A model generated the notes under the pieces. It worked only from the letters and a program-made list of their open reading frames with translations, ran no database searches and was not told the origin of the DNA. A stretch of DNA of 63,919 nucleotides, the filler included, from Chiloscyllium plagiosum (Eukaryota), in assembly GCF_004010195.1 (NCBI RefSeq). It is 5 parts of one record of this genome, joined end to end, with 100 filler letters (N's around TTAATTAATTAA, not from the genome) between each part and the next. Parts side by side here need not be neighbours in the genome. Positions count along the whole stretch, not along the records: positions 1 to 15,077 come from NC_057716.1; 4 more parts are not named here. One strand, written 5' to 3'. Positions 1 through 13,020 of this stretch are shown piece after piece (the first letter of the stretch is position 1; each line of letters starts with the position of its first letter). Both the position numbers and the translations under genes were made by a program.

Positions 1-591
1 CACTCAGGTGGCTAGAGCTTGTAAGAAGGCCTATGGTGTATTAGCGTTCATTAGCAGAGGGATTGAATTCAAGAGTCGTGAGGTGATGTTGCAGCTATAT
101 AGGACCTTGGTAAGGCCACATTTGGAGTACTGTGTGCAGTTCTGGTCGTCTCATTTTAGGAAAGATGTGCAAGCTTTGGAGAGGGTGCAGAGGAGATTTA
201 CCAGGATGTTACCTGGAAAGGGGTTGAGCCTTTTCTCATTGGAACGGCGAAGGATGAGGGGTGACTTGATAGAGGTTTATAAGATGATCAGGAGAATAGA
301 TAGAGTAGACAGTCAGAGACTTTTTCCCCGGATACAACAGAGTGTTACAAGGGGACATAAATTTAAGGTGAAGGGTGGAAGGTATAGGGGGGATGTCAGG
401 GGTAGGTTCTTTACCCAAAGAGTGGTGGGGGCATGAAATGCGCTGCCTGTGGGAGTGGCAGAGTCAGAATCATTGATAACCTTTAAGCGGCAATTGGATT
501 GGTACATGGATAGGTGCTTAAGCTCGGACAAATGTTCGGCACAACATCGTGGGCCGAAGGGCCTGTTCTGTGCTGTATTGTTCTGTGTTCT
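1..591 (+). mobile_element. CR1-clade LINE, 3' end of ORF2 plus 3' tail
   Basis: ORF 8-436: LYRTLVRPHLEYCVQFWS...RRRMRGDLIEVYK...RFFTQRVV; tail gggccgaagggcctgtt...ttctgtgttcta. Confidence 0.9.
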
Positions 592-1400
592 ATAAAAGCT
601 GATTGGGTCAGATGTTCGCGGGTAAAGGGGATAGCTGGAAAATGGAAAGCCTTTAGAAATAAGATAACGAGAATTCAGAGACAGTATATTCCTGTCAGGG
701 TGAAAGGAAAGGATGTTAGATGTAGGGAATGTTAGATGACTAAAGAAATTGTGTGTTTGGTTAAGAAAAAGAAGGAAGAATATGTCAGATATAGATAAGA
801 TAGATCGAGTGAATCCTCAGAAGAGTTTACAGGCAGTAGGAGTGTTCTTAAGAGGGAAATCAGGAGGGTAAAAAGGGGACATGAGATAGCTTTGGCAAAT
901 AGAATTAAGGAGAATCCAAAGGATTTTTACAAATATATTAAGGACAAAAGGGCAACAAGGGAGAGAATAGGGCCCCTCAAAGATCAGCAAGGAGGCCGTT
1001 GTGTGGAGCCACAGGAGATGGGAGAGATACTAAACAATTATTTTCCATCAGTTTTTACTGTGAAAAGGACATGGAAGATATAGAATGTAGGGAAATAGAT
1101 GGCCACATCTTGAAAAATGTCCATATTGCAGAGGAGGAAGTGCTGGATGTCTTGAAACTCACAAAAGTGGATAAATCCCCAGGACCTGATCAAGTGTACC
1201 CTAGAACTCTGTGGGAAGCTAGGGAAGTGATTGCTGGGCCTCTTACTGAGATATCTGTATTAATGACTATTACAGGTGAGGTGCCAGAAGACTGGAGGTT
1301 GGCTAATGTGGTGCCACTCTTTAAGAAAGATGTTAAGGACAAGCCAGGGAAGTATAGAGCAGTGAGCCTTGTGTCGGTTTTGGGCTAGTTGTTGGAGGGA
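592..1400 (+). mobile_element. CR1 LINE ORF2 internal fragment
   Basis: ANRIKENPKDFYKYIK and DKSPGPDQVYPRTLWEAREVIAGPL...VPEDWRLANVVPLFKK motifs, frameshifted. Confidence 0.88.
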
Positions 1401-1657
1401 AGTTAGGCTATCCCTCTGAGACGTTATGAGTGTGTGCACAGAGGTCTGAGCCTGTGACCCCATTTCTGATCGACACTTCATGAGATTAACAGGAAGGACT
1501 GTGCTCAAGGGACCACAGGTCCAAAACTGGCCATTTTAAATTGCCGACAGCTGGAGAAAGCAGGCCTCATAGAAAACTGGCCAAACTAAATTAAAAAGCA
1601 GCCAACAGCTATCAGCTGAGAATAGTGGAAACCAAGATCAAAGAGGAATCATTTACA

Positions 1658-2966
1658 CCCAGCTATGCCTGCTTCTTCGTAGGATATGTGGAACAATCCA
1701 TCTTCCGCAACTACACAGGCCCCACCCCCCACCTTTTCCTCCGCTACATCGATGACTGTATCGGCGCCGCCTCGTGCTCCCACGAGGAAGTTGAACAGTT
1801 CATCCACTTCACCAACACCTTCCACCCCGACCTCAAATTCACCTGGACAGTCTCAGATTCCTCCCTCCCCTTCCTCGACCTATCTATTTCTACCTCAGGC
1901 GACCGAATCAACACGGACATCTACTACAAACCGACCGACTCCCACAGCTAACTGGACTACACCTCCTCCCATCCTGCCCCCTGTAAAAACGCCAACCCAT
2001 TCTCCCAATTCCTTCGACTCCGCCGCATCTGCTCCCAGGAGGACCAGTTACAAAAACGCACATCCCAGATGGCCTCCTTCTCCAAGGNNNNNNNNNNNNN
2101 NNNNNNNNNNNNNNNNNNNNNNNNNNNNNNNNNNNNNNNNNNNNNNNNNNNNNNNNNNNNNNNNNNNNNNNNNNNNNNNNNNNNNNNNNNNNNNNNNNNN
2201 NNNNNNNNNNNNNNNNNNNNNNNNNNNNNNNNNNNNNNNNNNNNNNNNNNNNNNNNNNNNNNNNNNNNNNNNNNNNNNNNNNNNNNNNNNNNNNNNNNNN
2301 NNNNNNNNNNNNNNNNNNNNNNNNNNNNNNNNNNNNNNNNNNNNNNNNNNNNNNNNNNNNNNNNNNNNNNNNNNNNNNNNNNNNNNNNNNNNNNNNNNNN
2401 NNNNNNNNNNNNNNNNNNNNNNNNNNNNNNNNNNNNNNNNNNNNNNNNNNNNNNNNNNNNNNNNNNNNNNNNNNNNNNNNNNNNNNNNNNNNNNNNNNNN
2501 NNNNNNNNNNNNNNNNNNNNNNNNNNNNNNNNNNNNNNNNNNNNNNNNNNNNNNNNNNNNNNNNNNNNNNNNNNNNNNNNNNNNNNNNNNNNNNNNNNNN
2601 NNNNNNNNNNNNNNNNNNNNNNNNNNNNNNNNNNNNNNNNNNNNNNNNNNNNNNNNNNNNNNNNNNNNNNNNNNNNNNNNNNNNNNNNNNNNNNNNNNNN
2701 NNNNNNNNNNNNNNNNNNNNNGTCTGACCTTTCACCCTCACCTTGACCTCTTTCCACCTATCACATTTCCGACGCCCCTCCCCCAAGTCCTTCCTCCCTA
2801 CCTTTTATCTTAGCCTGCTGGACAAACTTTCCCCATTCCTGAAGAAGGGCTTATGCCCGAAACGTCGATTCTCCTGTTCCCTGGATGCTGCCTGACCTGC
2901 TGCGCTTTTCCAGCAACACATTTCCAGCTCTGATCTCCAGCATCTGCAGACCTCACTTTCTCCTCA
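1658..2966 (+). mobile_element. Penelope-like element (5'-truncated RT plus terminal repeat), spanning a gap
   Basis: RT PSYAC...FLRYIDDCIG...FHPDLKFT...LPFLDL...YYKPTDSHS, with one in-frame stop. 14-bp TSD aggaatcatttaca at 1644-1657 and 2967-2980. N gap at 2088-2721. Confidence 0.88.
2835..2870 (+). ncRNA. Minimal type-I hammerhead ribozyme motif in the Penelope terminal repeat
   Basis: attc-CTGAAGA-a-GGGC-ttat-GCCC-GAAA-CGTC-gatt: intact CUGANGA and GAAA cores, 4-bp stem II, palindromic ACGT in place of stem III, GUC cleavage triplet. Confidence 0.65.
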
Positions 2967-3999
2967 AGGAATCATTTACAACCAGCCTGACGGAAGTGTC
3001 GATCAGATTTTTGAGCATTTGACTACCTCAGTAGGTGTACTTGACCCCTCCTGGCATGGAAAAAGTGAAGGGTGCTGGTGCAACTCCATTGGACAATTTG
3101 GATCTAGCTCAGGACTCCATTGGCTGATGGCCACAGAACATTCTGGAAGGCCGGGCCAAGGAAGGATAAGAAAACATGTGGATGCCAGCCCCACAGTGAC
3201 AGCCTCGTAAAGACTTGGTGAAGATGCAGCGAAGACTTGACCTGGCCAATGAGAAGAGCTCCGACCACCTTGAGAGATGTGGGATAGAGAGGAAGGTTCC
3301 CAACCCCTGTAAGATGCACCTTTGTGGGAGAGAATCAACCCCACAATGGAGAGGAAGGAGATCCCAATGGTCCAGCTCAAACATGTTTATCATTGTGGGT
3401 AATATCCTTTTCCAGATGGCTAGAGCTAGGTCAAGAGTAAATATTGTGGAATTTGGAAAATGCTCAAATAGGAATATTTTCTGAATAAAATTGAGTTGAG
3501 CCACAAATTGAATTTTGTGTCCCTTTGCCCATCTCACTACGAGAGTGCTCGGTTCATGCATTTTTAATACATAAACCGATTAAAGTGCCCAAGGCACGGA
3601 CAACATTGCTCTGTGGCAATCATTCTGCAAAATAAATACTGTAGTTTCCCTAGCAACAGCACCCTGAGGCATTGGCAGACATGTCTTTAAGTAATCATTC
3701 TGCATTACATAAATGCCATTAATCTTATGTCATAGTCCAACTACGCACAACTGCATTGAGCAGTGCTGCCCAATTTCCACCTGCATACTTTAATGTTTAC
3801 ATTTCTACACAGAGCCAATACTGCATGGCAACATACATATAACATACAACAACATTAAATATGCTGCTTCTTGTCATGGGAGAACAGAGGAAAGTTGAAT
3901 AGAAGAAAAGGGTTAAATTAATCAATTGGATGAATGCTGTGATTAAACCCATCAAAATGTAGTGATCTATTTACCTTGCATTACCTTTAGATTGATTTC

Positions 4000-4240
4000 A
4001 ATGTACATCTTAGGGAGAAAGATTTGCTCTGAGTGTCTGGAATCCTCTGTCAGAGATGTTATGCAGACTAGGTCACAGAGAGTATTTCAAGATGGAGAAA
4101 GATTTTTAAATGGCAGGAAGTTGGTGGCTATGATGAGCAGTAGAAAGCAGGAGTTGAGGCCTGGGACAAGTCAACCATGATGTTGTTGAATGGTGAATTG
4201 AGGGGCTGAATGGCTTACTCTTCATATTTCTCATGTTCTG
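4000..4240 (+). mobile_element. Old CR1 3' end
   Basis: Decayed tail agccatga...gaatggt...gaggggctgaatggcttactc...tttctcatgttct. Confidence 0.55.
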
Positions 4241-4827
4241 GTGTAAACTGAAGCAAACTCAAATGCCTTTATGATTTTATGAACAGAGGAATCCTCCCTG
4301 CAAGGTTTATCTAAGATAACTCATTGTAATGTCAGAGTTTATTTGCACCGAGTGTACTTGTTCTTCAGACACATAATTATAGAGTTAATGGGGAATTTTG
4401 TTTTACTTACCTGACATGCAGACACCATGAGTTAGTTAGAAAGTTGTGGAAACCCCACTGACAGGAGATGGGAATTTCTTTGTGAGTCACTAAATTACAT
4501 TCCGTCTGGATTAAAATAGTAATAAAATAGTAATTGCAGGATATCCACAGTTTGGGATTCCTCCACACCTAGTAGATTTTGAACCAGTCAGTTCCCTGAC
4601 TGAGGCCAGCTTGTTTGGATAGGGAAGGAGTTGGGGATGGTTAGTTGGACTGATGAACATGTGGGGGCAGGGCAGGGAAGGAAAGGAGCAAGGCTGAGGT
4701 GGAGAAGTGGGGTAAGATCTAAATTGAGGGAGGATGTGGTTGGAGGCATCATGTTTGGAGGGAAATTGGAAGTTTGATAGAGGGCCTTGAGCAAAAAATG
4801 AGATTTTGCAGGGTTGGGTGGTTGATT

Positions 4828-5625
4828 GATTTATTATTGTCACATGTACCAAGATACAGTGTTGTTTTGCATGCTGTACTGGTAGATCATGCTACACAAA
4901 GTGCATCAGGGTAGGAGAATTAGAATTTGTACAGCGTGGAAACAAGTCCTTTGACCCGACAAGTCCACACTGCCCCTTCAAAGGGTATCCCACCCAGACC
5001 CATTACGCTACATTTACCCCTGACTAATGCACCTAACCTATGCATCCCTGAATATTATAGACAATTTAGCATGGTCAATTCATCTAACTTGCTCATCTTT
5101 GGACTGTGGGAGGAAACTGGAGCACCCAGAGGAAACCCACGCAGACACGGGGAGAACGTGCAAACTTCACACAGAGAGTCACCCAAGGCTGGAATCGAAG
5201 CCGGGTCCCTGGTGCTGTAAGGCAGCACTGCTAACCACTGAGTGACCGTCTACCACACCACCCCCACCCCCCTCCCCTGAGAGCAAAGTCCAAAATACAG
5301 TGATACAGGTACAGAGAAGCTGCAGAGAAAGATCAACATTAACTTTGAGAGGTCGGTTCAAAAGTCTGATAACAGCAGGGAAGATGCTGTTCTTGAATCT
5401 AATGTTACGTGAGTGCAAACTTTTATATTTTCTGTCTGATGGAAGAGGGTGGAAGAGAGTATAACTGGGGTGGGAGGGATCTTTGATTATGTTGGCTGCT
5501 TTCCTGAGGCAGTGGGGAGTATAGATGGAGTCAATGGCTGGACGGCTAGTTTGTGTGATGTGCTGGGTCTGTGTTCGTGACTTTGTAGTTTCTTGCAGTC
5601 TTGGGAAGAGCAGCTCCCAAACCTA
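4828..5625 (-). mobile_element. Rex1/Babar-like LINE 3' end, interrupted by a SINE
   Basis: Minus-strand RNIRFKNSIFPAVIRLLN (RT C-terminal RxxNSFFPxAIRLLN motif) and DCKKLQ; tail gtacatgtgacaataataaa. Confidence 0.65.
4921..5243 (-). mobile_element. HE1-type tRNA-derived SINE
   Basis: Reverse complement of the A box (cagtggttagca), B box (ggcttcgattcc), V-like core ctcccacagtccaaagatg and CR1-like tail. Confidence 0.85.
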
Positions 5626-8029
5626 GAGTGGGAGAATCGAAGCCCAGAAGTGGGGGAGCAGGGTGGAAGAATGTTTTGCAGGGGTGCCCAACCATGCAGG
5701 TTTCTCATGCAGGGATTTTGCTGTGGAAGATTGGTGTGAATGCCACATGAATCCACTAAATCCTTGCTTCAATAAAGTCAACAGTTAGATAACGTGTTAC
5801 AAACAAGCAAGGTTGGCTTCCTTCCTTTTTAAACTCCCTCTCAGTCAGTCTTGTTACATTTTCTTATAGCACGTGGGTGTCCCACTTCAGTTAAACTTAG
5901 ATAACCAGATCAAAAATGAAGGCGAGCCAATTCCAAGGTTTCATAAGTGAAACAGTGGACTTTTATGAATTACAACTTTCCTCAAAAAACTGGAAAGTAA
6001 ATACACATGAACACATGTAATGAACATACAAAAATAAACAAGACAGTTTGTTGAGTGCATTGGTGTCTAGTACAGACTGGAAGGTTAATGCAAATGCAAT
6101 TGCAGTTATTAAGTCTTGATTGGTCTATGAGAATGAAAAGTTAAAAGAGCAATTGTTGAACTGTTGTCCTGTTTCCACAGCAGTGTCAAAAACTGAAGGT
6201 TGCATCTTCAGGCAAACTGATGCTGATTTTGGTGATTGAGATAGAAAGGGAGAGAGAACTTTCAGTTTCTTCGCTGGTATCAATCCATGTTGCCTTCTCT
6301 CTTTCTGATGTCAAGGCTGGTGTTAGTATGTTGTTCTTTTTCAAATTCTAGTATCTATGTTGTTAGTTCATTTCAAAGTGGAGTTGATCACCTGGATTTG
6401 TCAGGTGATCAAAGCAGTCATTTTAGGCCAGCAGTGAACCTTTTAAAACCATTCTTATATCCATGGAAGGCTCAGGTTTAAAGCTATGTGATGAAAATTG
6501 AATATTGACCATAACAGGTTGAAAACCTGAAGGGATCTGATGCTTCCAGCATCATTATGATATTTAAAGTTTCAACCCAGTTCCTTTGACTCCTGCCTAA
6601 ATTATGGTCTCAGTTAATTTTAGGTGGGTTTATGTCAGAAACAGATTTTTCAGATTTTAACCCTTTTATCTGACCCAAACTCACCAATTTTCTTGGTCAA
6701 AATTCAGCCCAACATGTATTAACAAAATTCAGGACATAGATAAAGATAGAAGCTAAGATTTGCATTGTGATTATGGGTTGACTTTGAATAATTTCTGGAG
6801 TACATTTAGTTATTAGGTGTACTCATTTGTTTAACTGTTGTAATAATGTTGATGTCTAATTGATTGTGGTCTCTTTCATTGACAAATTCCAAAAACAAGG
6901 GGCTCAGCAGATAACACATGATAACTGGACTATTAAGGGAAAGGTTTTTGGAATCTAGACAGATGTTTAAATGTGGTTCTTGGCGCCTAAGTATCAGCAA
7001 ATTATTGACCTGTCAAGTACTTAGTGTTTATCTTAATAGCTTTTCCATCAATTCATTTCCACATATAAGCACCAAATTACCTTTATTTCATTCTTAACAG
7101 GTGATTATATATGTCTTACAATGAAAAGCATGATTGTATCTTAAATCTATGATAGTCATTAAAAAGGGATTTAAATTAGCCCATCTATTTGTAATTAAAA
7201 TAATCCAGCAATTTATTCAGTAATATATATACAGGAAATGATACAGCACAGGAGATGGCAAATTTGTATCTATGCTGGCTTTCAGAAAGTTCTAACTGAT
7301 TAATCCTACATCACTTGTGTTTTCTCAAACATTTTAAAACATTTTCGTATATTTATTTAGTTCCCTTTTGGAAAACACTTTGAATCTTTTCCTATTGGCC
7401 CATTAGACAGTGCTTTCAAATTCATGGCAAAACACTGCATTAAAAATCCCCCATACTCTGCCCTCTAATCCTTTAGATAATTGCCTTAAATCTGTTCCCA
7501 TTGGTTACTAGCCCTCTCCGCCAGTGAAGGATAAGAAGAAATATTCTTCTTATTTACACTTATCATGATCCCACATAATTCTATTAAATTTCCCTGAATA
7601 TTCTGGAGGAATACAGAATCCCCCATTCGGTCAGTCTCTCCACATAATTGAAGTCACTCATCCTAAGCAAGAGGAACTGAAATCAGAAATCCACGCAATG
7701 AGCGAATGAAGTTTCCTTCTAGCTATTGCTATGTTCCTGACACCAGGAGAATATGCTGAAGGCTTGAAACCACAATATTTTGATGGGAAATTCTGTAAAT
7801 TCCAGATGAACTGACTGGAATTCCTGATGGTGAGATGAGAGGCTGAACGATGTGAAAGGAATTGGTTTTCAGACCACAGAATCTTCTGAAAATGTTATTT
7901 TAAAAATGTGGTTGTCATTGACACCACTGCATTTACTGTCCTGTTACCCTGAAAAAGTGGCCATGAGCCCTCAACTGAACTGAAGGTAGATGCTGACTGA
8001 ATGTCTGACTTCTTAAAGTGGTCATATTA

Positions 8030-8302
8030 TTAAAGTGGTAGCTTTAAATTGAGGGGTGATAGATATAGGACAGATGTCAGAGGTAGGTTCTTTACTCAGA
8101 GAGTAGTAAGGGCATGGATTGCCCTGCCTTCAGCAGTAATAGACTTGCTAACTTTAAGGGCATTTAAATGATCATTGGATAAATATATGGATGATGATGG
8201 AATAGTGTCGGTTAAGTGGGCTTCAGATTGGTTTCACAAGTCAGTGAAACATCGAGGGCCAAAGGGCCTGTACTGCACTATAATGTTCTATGTTCCATGT
8301 TT
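8030..8302 (+). mobile_element. CR1 3' end
   Basis: agctttaaattgagggg...ttctttactcagagagtagt...gggccaaagggcctgtactgcac...atgttctatgttc. Confidence 0.85.
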
Positions 8303-8427
8303 TATCTCACTTATTTTTGAAAACTATTTGCTTCTTCAGTGAGAACTGGAATTTGATTCCATACCACTGCTCGTATTCACTGATACCAACACTGTCAAAA
8401 AGTTGCATCTTCTGGTTATGAACCCAC

Positions 8428-9352
8428 TTAGAGTCATAGAGTCATAGAGATGTACAGCATGGAAACAGACCCTTCAGTCCAACCCGTTCATGCCGACCAG
8501 ATATCCCAACCCAATCTAGTCCCACCTGCCAGCACCTGGCCCACATCCCTCCGCACCCTTCCTATTCATATACCCATCCAAATGACTCTTAAATGTTGCA
8601 ATTGTACCAGCCTCCACCACATCCTCTGGCAGTTCATTCCATACACGTACCACCCTCTGCATGAAAAAGTTGCCCCTTAGGTCTCTTTTATATCTTTCTC
8701 CTCTCACCCTAAACCTATGTCCTCTCGTTCTGGACTCCCCGATCCCAGGGAAAAGGTTTTGTCTATTTAGGCTATCCATGCCCCTCATAATTTTGTAAAC
8801 CCCTATAAGGTCACCCCTCAGCCCCCGACACTCCAGGGAAAACAGCCCCAGCCTGTTCAGCCTCTCCCTGTAGCTCTGATCCACCAATCTTGGCAACATC
8901 CTTGCAAATCTTTTCTGAACCTTTCAAGTTTCACAATATCTTTCCAAGGTCTCTTTGTTCAGCAACACTCCTTAGGACCTTACCATTAAGTGTATAAGTC
9001 CTGCTAAGATTTGCTTTCCCAAAATGCAGCACCTCACATTTATCTGAATTAAACTCCATTTGCCACTTCTCAGCCCATTGGCCCATCTGGTCCAGTTCCT
9101 GTTGTAATCTGAGGAAAAAGTAGAGGGCCCAGCACCGATCCTTGTGGCACTCCACTGGTCACAGGCCTCCAGTCTGAAAAACAACCCTCCAGCACCACCC
9201 TCTGTCTTCTACTTTTGAGCCAGTTCTGTATCCAAATGGCTAGTTCTCCCTGTATTCCATGAGATCTAACCTTGCTAATCATTCTCCCATGGGGAACCTT
9301 GTCGAACGCCTTACTGAAGTCCATATAGATCACATCTACTGCTCTGCCCTCA
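8428..9352 (-). mobile_element. CR1 LINE 3' portion with internal deletions
   Basis: Minus ORFs [16 protein letters not shown]...[13 protein letters not shown] and GDLIGVYKIMRG...FFMQRVV; (ctatgact)n tail. Confidence 0.92.
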
Positions 9353-9838
9353 TTGAACTAAATATCAGAGGACAGGTATGTCATCTTTGGTTCCATTGAA
9401 ACCTCATTCAAGACTAATTGTTTCTCCACTCAACAACTGTGTGAATCATCAAATTGAATGGAGATCAATACTGCTCAGCATGAACCTTTTCAAAGAATTA
9501 TCTTATTCAAAAAGTTCAGGTCTTGGAGACAGTTCAGAGAAACGGCGCAAGACCAATCAATCCACAACATCAAAGTTGAGCACTGAGAATAGATTAGGAA
9601 AAAAAGGTGTTGTTTCATGTCAAAACTGGATCATTGAGAAACAAGGAACCGACTGAGGCAATCAGATCCTCAGGACTAAAGTGCAGCCCATCAGGATCTT
9701 TGATATTCACTGTTGTGAATGAAATATCTGGCATTCAGCAAATGATCTGAATGACACCACACCTCATACTGTAGAATCACATCAAAGTCAAAAGAATAGA
9801 TTATGTGCTCAGATCCTCAGAAGCAGAATTTTATCAAC

Positions 9839-10640
9839 TGCAAATGTGAGGTGCTGCATTTTGGGAAAGTAAATCTTAGCAGGACTTATACACTTAATGG
9901 TAAGGTCCCAGGGAGTGTTGCTAAATAAAGAGACCTTGGAGTGCAGGTTCATAGCTCCTTGAAAGTGGAGTCGCAGGTAGACAGGATAGTGAAAAAGGCA
10001 TTTGGTATGCTTTCCTTTATTGGTCAGTGTATTGAGTACAGGAATTGAGAGGTAATGTTGCGGCTGTTCAGGACATTGGTTTGGCCACTGCTGGAATATT
10101 GCATGCAATTCTGGTCTCCTTCCTATCGGAGAGATGTTGTGAAACTTAAAGGGTTAAGAAAAGATTTATAAGGATGTTGCCAGGTTTGGAGGATTAGAGC
10201 TATAGGGAGAGGCTGAACAGGTTAGGGCTGTTTTCCCTGGAGCGTCGGAGGCTAAGGAGTGACCTTATAGAGGTTTATTAAATTATGAGGGGCATAAATA
10301 GAATAAATAGACAAAGTCTTTTCCCTGGGTTGGGGGAGTCCAGAACTAGAGGGCATAGGTTTAGGTTAAGAGGGAAAAGATATAAAAGAGACTTAAGGGG
10401 CAGCTTTTTCACACAGACGGTGGTATGTGTATGGAATGAGCAGCCAGAGGAAGTGGTGGAGGCTGGTACAATTGTAACATTTAAAAGGCATTTGGATGGG
10501 TCTATGAATAGGAAGGGTTTGGAGGGATATGGTCCGGGTGCTGGCAGGGTGGGACTAGATTGGGTTGGGATATCTGGTTGGCATGGATGGGTTGGACTGA
10601 AATGTCTGTTTCCATGCTGTACATCTCTATGACTCTATCT
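9839..10640 (+). mobile_element. CR1 LINE 3' portion (same subfamily as 8428-9352)
   Basis: KCEVLHFG...LLEYCMQFWSP...RTRGHRFRLRG...FFTQTVV; ctatgactctat tail. Confidence 0.92.
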
Positions 10641-10944
10641 AAAACTGGATAACAAATATATTTGACCTGCTTGAGACTTGGACATTTAATAATAGAGGAA
10701 TTATACTACAATAATCTTTATTCATATATTATATTGGAGCTTATATTAGTGTGATGTCCTTTCATGGTTGATGTTGGATTGATCAAGGAGGCCACACTTT
10801 ACTCAATGGTAGATGACAAGTCTAACCCCAGAAATGATTTACTTTTCAATAAAAAAAAGCCAAACTCAATGCAGAGTGATGAAGTAGCTATATATATGAT
10901 GATAGATAGGACATCAGCAGTTCTGCACTGATTCAGTGAAAAAG

Positions 10945-11190
10945 CATATAAAATTGGAGCAAGAGTAGACCATTCTGCCCTTTGAGCCTGCTCTACCATT
11001 CAATATAATCATGGCAGATAATCCAATTCAGTACCCTGTTCCTGTTTTCAACCCATATCCATTAGATCGTTCAGCACAAAGAACTATGGCTATCTCCTTT
11101 GTGAAATATTCAATGTATTGGCTTCAATTACATTCTATGGCAGCAAATTCCACAATTTCACTATTCTCTGGGTGAAGATATTTCTCCTCA
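10945..11190 (-). mobile_element. CR1 3' end
   Basis: Similar to the tail of the young CR1 at 42062-42310 (gagtagaccattctgccc...atcatggc...cagtaccctgttcctg). Confidence 0.75.
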
Positions 11191-12199
11191 GAATGAGTAG
11201 AAATTACTGAGAGATATACGTCCCCACTGTAGACCGTATATAATAATTAGATAGACGGAGTTTTGCAGACACCTTCCAGAGTAAGTTTATTTTCTTATTG
11301 TCTACCAGGCAACAAGTTACTCTGCTGTACATCTCTATGACTCTAAATGTGGAACCAAACCACTTAAAATTGACAGATTTCTGGGTATGCATTGCATACC
11401 ATCTTGGTTGTTGGAAGGAGTCATTGAAGAGCTATGAATACTTATGACTACATTGTTTTAAACAACTTTTAAATATATTAGGTCATGGAGCTGCAGAGTA
11501 ATTGATGGAACACATTTACTCAAGGGAGAAGAGAAGGGTAAACCAGATAACTGTAGACTGGTTAAACACCAGTTGTGGGCAAACTCTTATAATAGAAAGT
11601 TTATGCTAGAATGAGTAAGCATTTAGAAATGCATGCAGTAATGAAAGTTGGCCAAGAAGGATTTTCTTTAAAAGCAAGTCTAATTTAGATTTAGATTAAA
11701 TTATACTTAGACTTTATTGTCATGTGTAGTCAAATACAAAAGTACAGGAGTACAGAGAAACACTTTCAATGTTGCTGCACATGGCACCATCTGAAGTACA
11801 AGTACCTGGGTGCAAAAACTTAAGAACAAGGTAGAAAGAAATAAGGAAAAAAATTAAAAGATAAATATTATGGTCACTCTTGGTATAGCGTAAAACAAAA
11901 GCTAAACATTAAACATTACATCCCTTCTTAGTATTAAGTCAAAAAAATAAAGAAATAAAGCTCAAAGTTCAGCCATTAATGTCTTTCTTGAGTGCTTAGC
12001 TATGCTGAGATTGTAGATCTGACAAGGGTTTGAGCTCCTTCACTTTACTACACATTCCCCACAGAGGTTTGATCTCCCCTGCTCTCATTGTTGCTGCGGA
12101 TGCTGGGGAAAACTCTAACGTTTCGTTGGGCTCTCTCCTGGGACTTCACACAGCCAAAGCCCTGATTCAGACACCGTTTGCACTGATCCTTGTGCTAGC

Positions 12200-12515
12200 C
12201 TACAGTCCATGTTTCGATCTTTACCTACAGTCCAAGCTCCGATCCTCAGCCTCTCCTACAGTCCAAGCTCCAATCCTCAGCCTCTCCTACAGTCCACTCT
12301 CTGATCCTCAGCCTCTCCTACAGTCCACTCTCCAATCCTCAGCCTCTCCTACAGTCCACTCTCTGATCCTCAGCCTCTCCTACACTTCACTCTCCGATCC
12401 TCAGCCTCTCCTACAGTCCAAGCTCCGATCCTCAGCCTCCCCTACAGTCCAAGCTCCTATCTTCAGCCTCACCTAAGTCCAACCTCTGATCCTCTGCCTC
12501 GCCTATAGTCCAAGG
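12200..12515. repeat. 31-bp minisatellite, roughly 9-10 units
   Basis: Unit ctacagtccaagctccgatcctcagcctctc, with variants. Confidence 0.95.
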
Positions 12516-12709
12516 TATGATCTGTGCCAACAGTCCACGCTCCAATCCTGGCCTACAGTCCATTTGCTCATCCTGTGTCTCGCTTTCAGTCGATGGGCTG
12601 AGTATTGAGAGCTCACCAAGTGTCCTGGGTCAGGCCCCCAGTTGCTGCCTTGCTCTGGACATCTCGCCAATTCAATGCGCCTGTTCCTGCTGCCACCAAT
12701 GCCTCTTTA

Positions 12710-13020
12710 GTGGGTGGCACGGTGGCACAGTGGTTAGCACTGTTGCCTCACAGCGCCAGAGGGTTCAATTCCCGCCTCAGGCAACTGACTGTGTGGAGTT
12801 TGCACGTTCTCCCCGTGTCTGCGTGGGTTTCCTCCGGGTGCTCCGGTTTCCTCCCACAGTCCAAAGATGTGCAGGTCAAGTGAATTGGCCATGCTAAATT
12901 GCCCGTAGTGTTAGGTAAGGGGTAAATGTAGGGGTATGGGTGGATTGCGCTTCGGCGGGGTGGTGTGGACTTGTTGGGCCGAAGGGCCTGTTTCCAAACT
13001 GTAAGTAATCTAATCTAATC
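12710..13020 (+). mobile_element. HE1-type SINE, nearly full length
   Basis: gggtggcacggtggcacagtggttagc...ggttcaattccc...ccaaagatgtgcagg...gggccgaagggcctg...(taatc)n. Confidence 0.92.

Larger units (their letters stand above)
1420..3605 (+). mobile_element. Possible solo LTR hosting the Penelope insertion
   Basis: Non-LINE sequence continuous across the TSD of the Penelope element; CCAAT, AATAAA near 3484 and an ...ggacaaca end. Tentative. Confidence 0.3.

Noticed and set aside
1686..2813. Long ORFs of 225-375 aa
   Set aside because: Their length comes from translating N runs; the only real coding signal is the Penelope RT fragment.
7770..7830. Possible upstream CNTNAP exon (FDG motif)
   Set aside because: Stop codon shortly after, and none of the expected LYRF/HGEG/ITLEL motifs.
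12030..12476. 148-aa Ser/Pro/Leu-rich ORF
   Set aside because: Translation of the 31-bp minisatellite; no splice or homology support.
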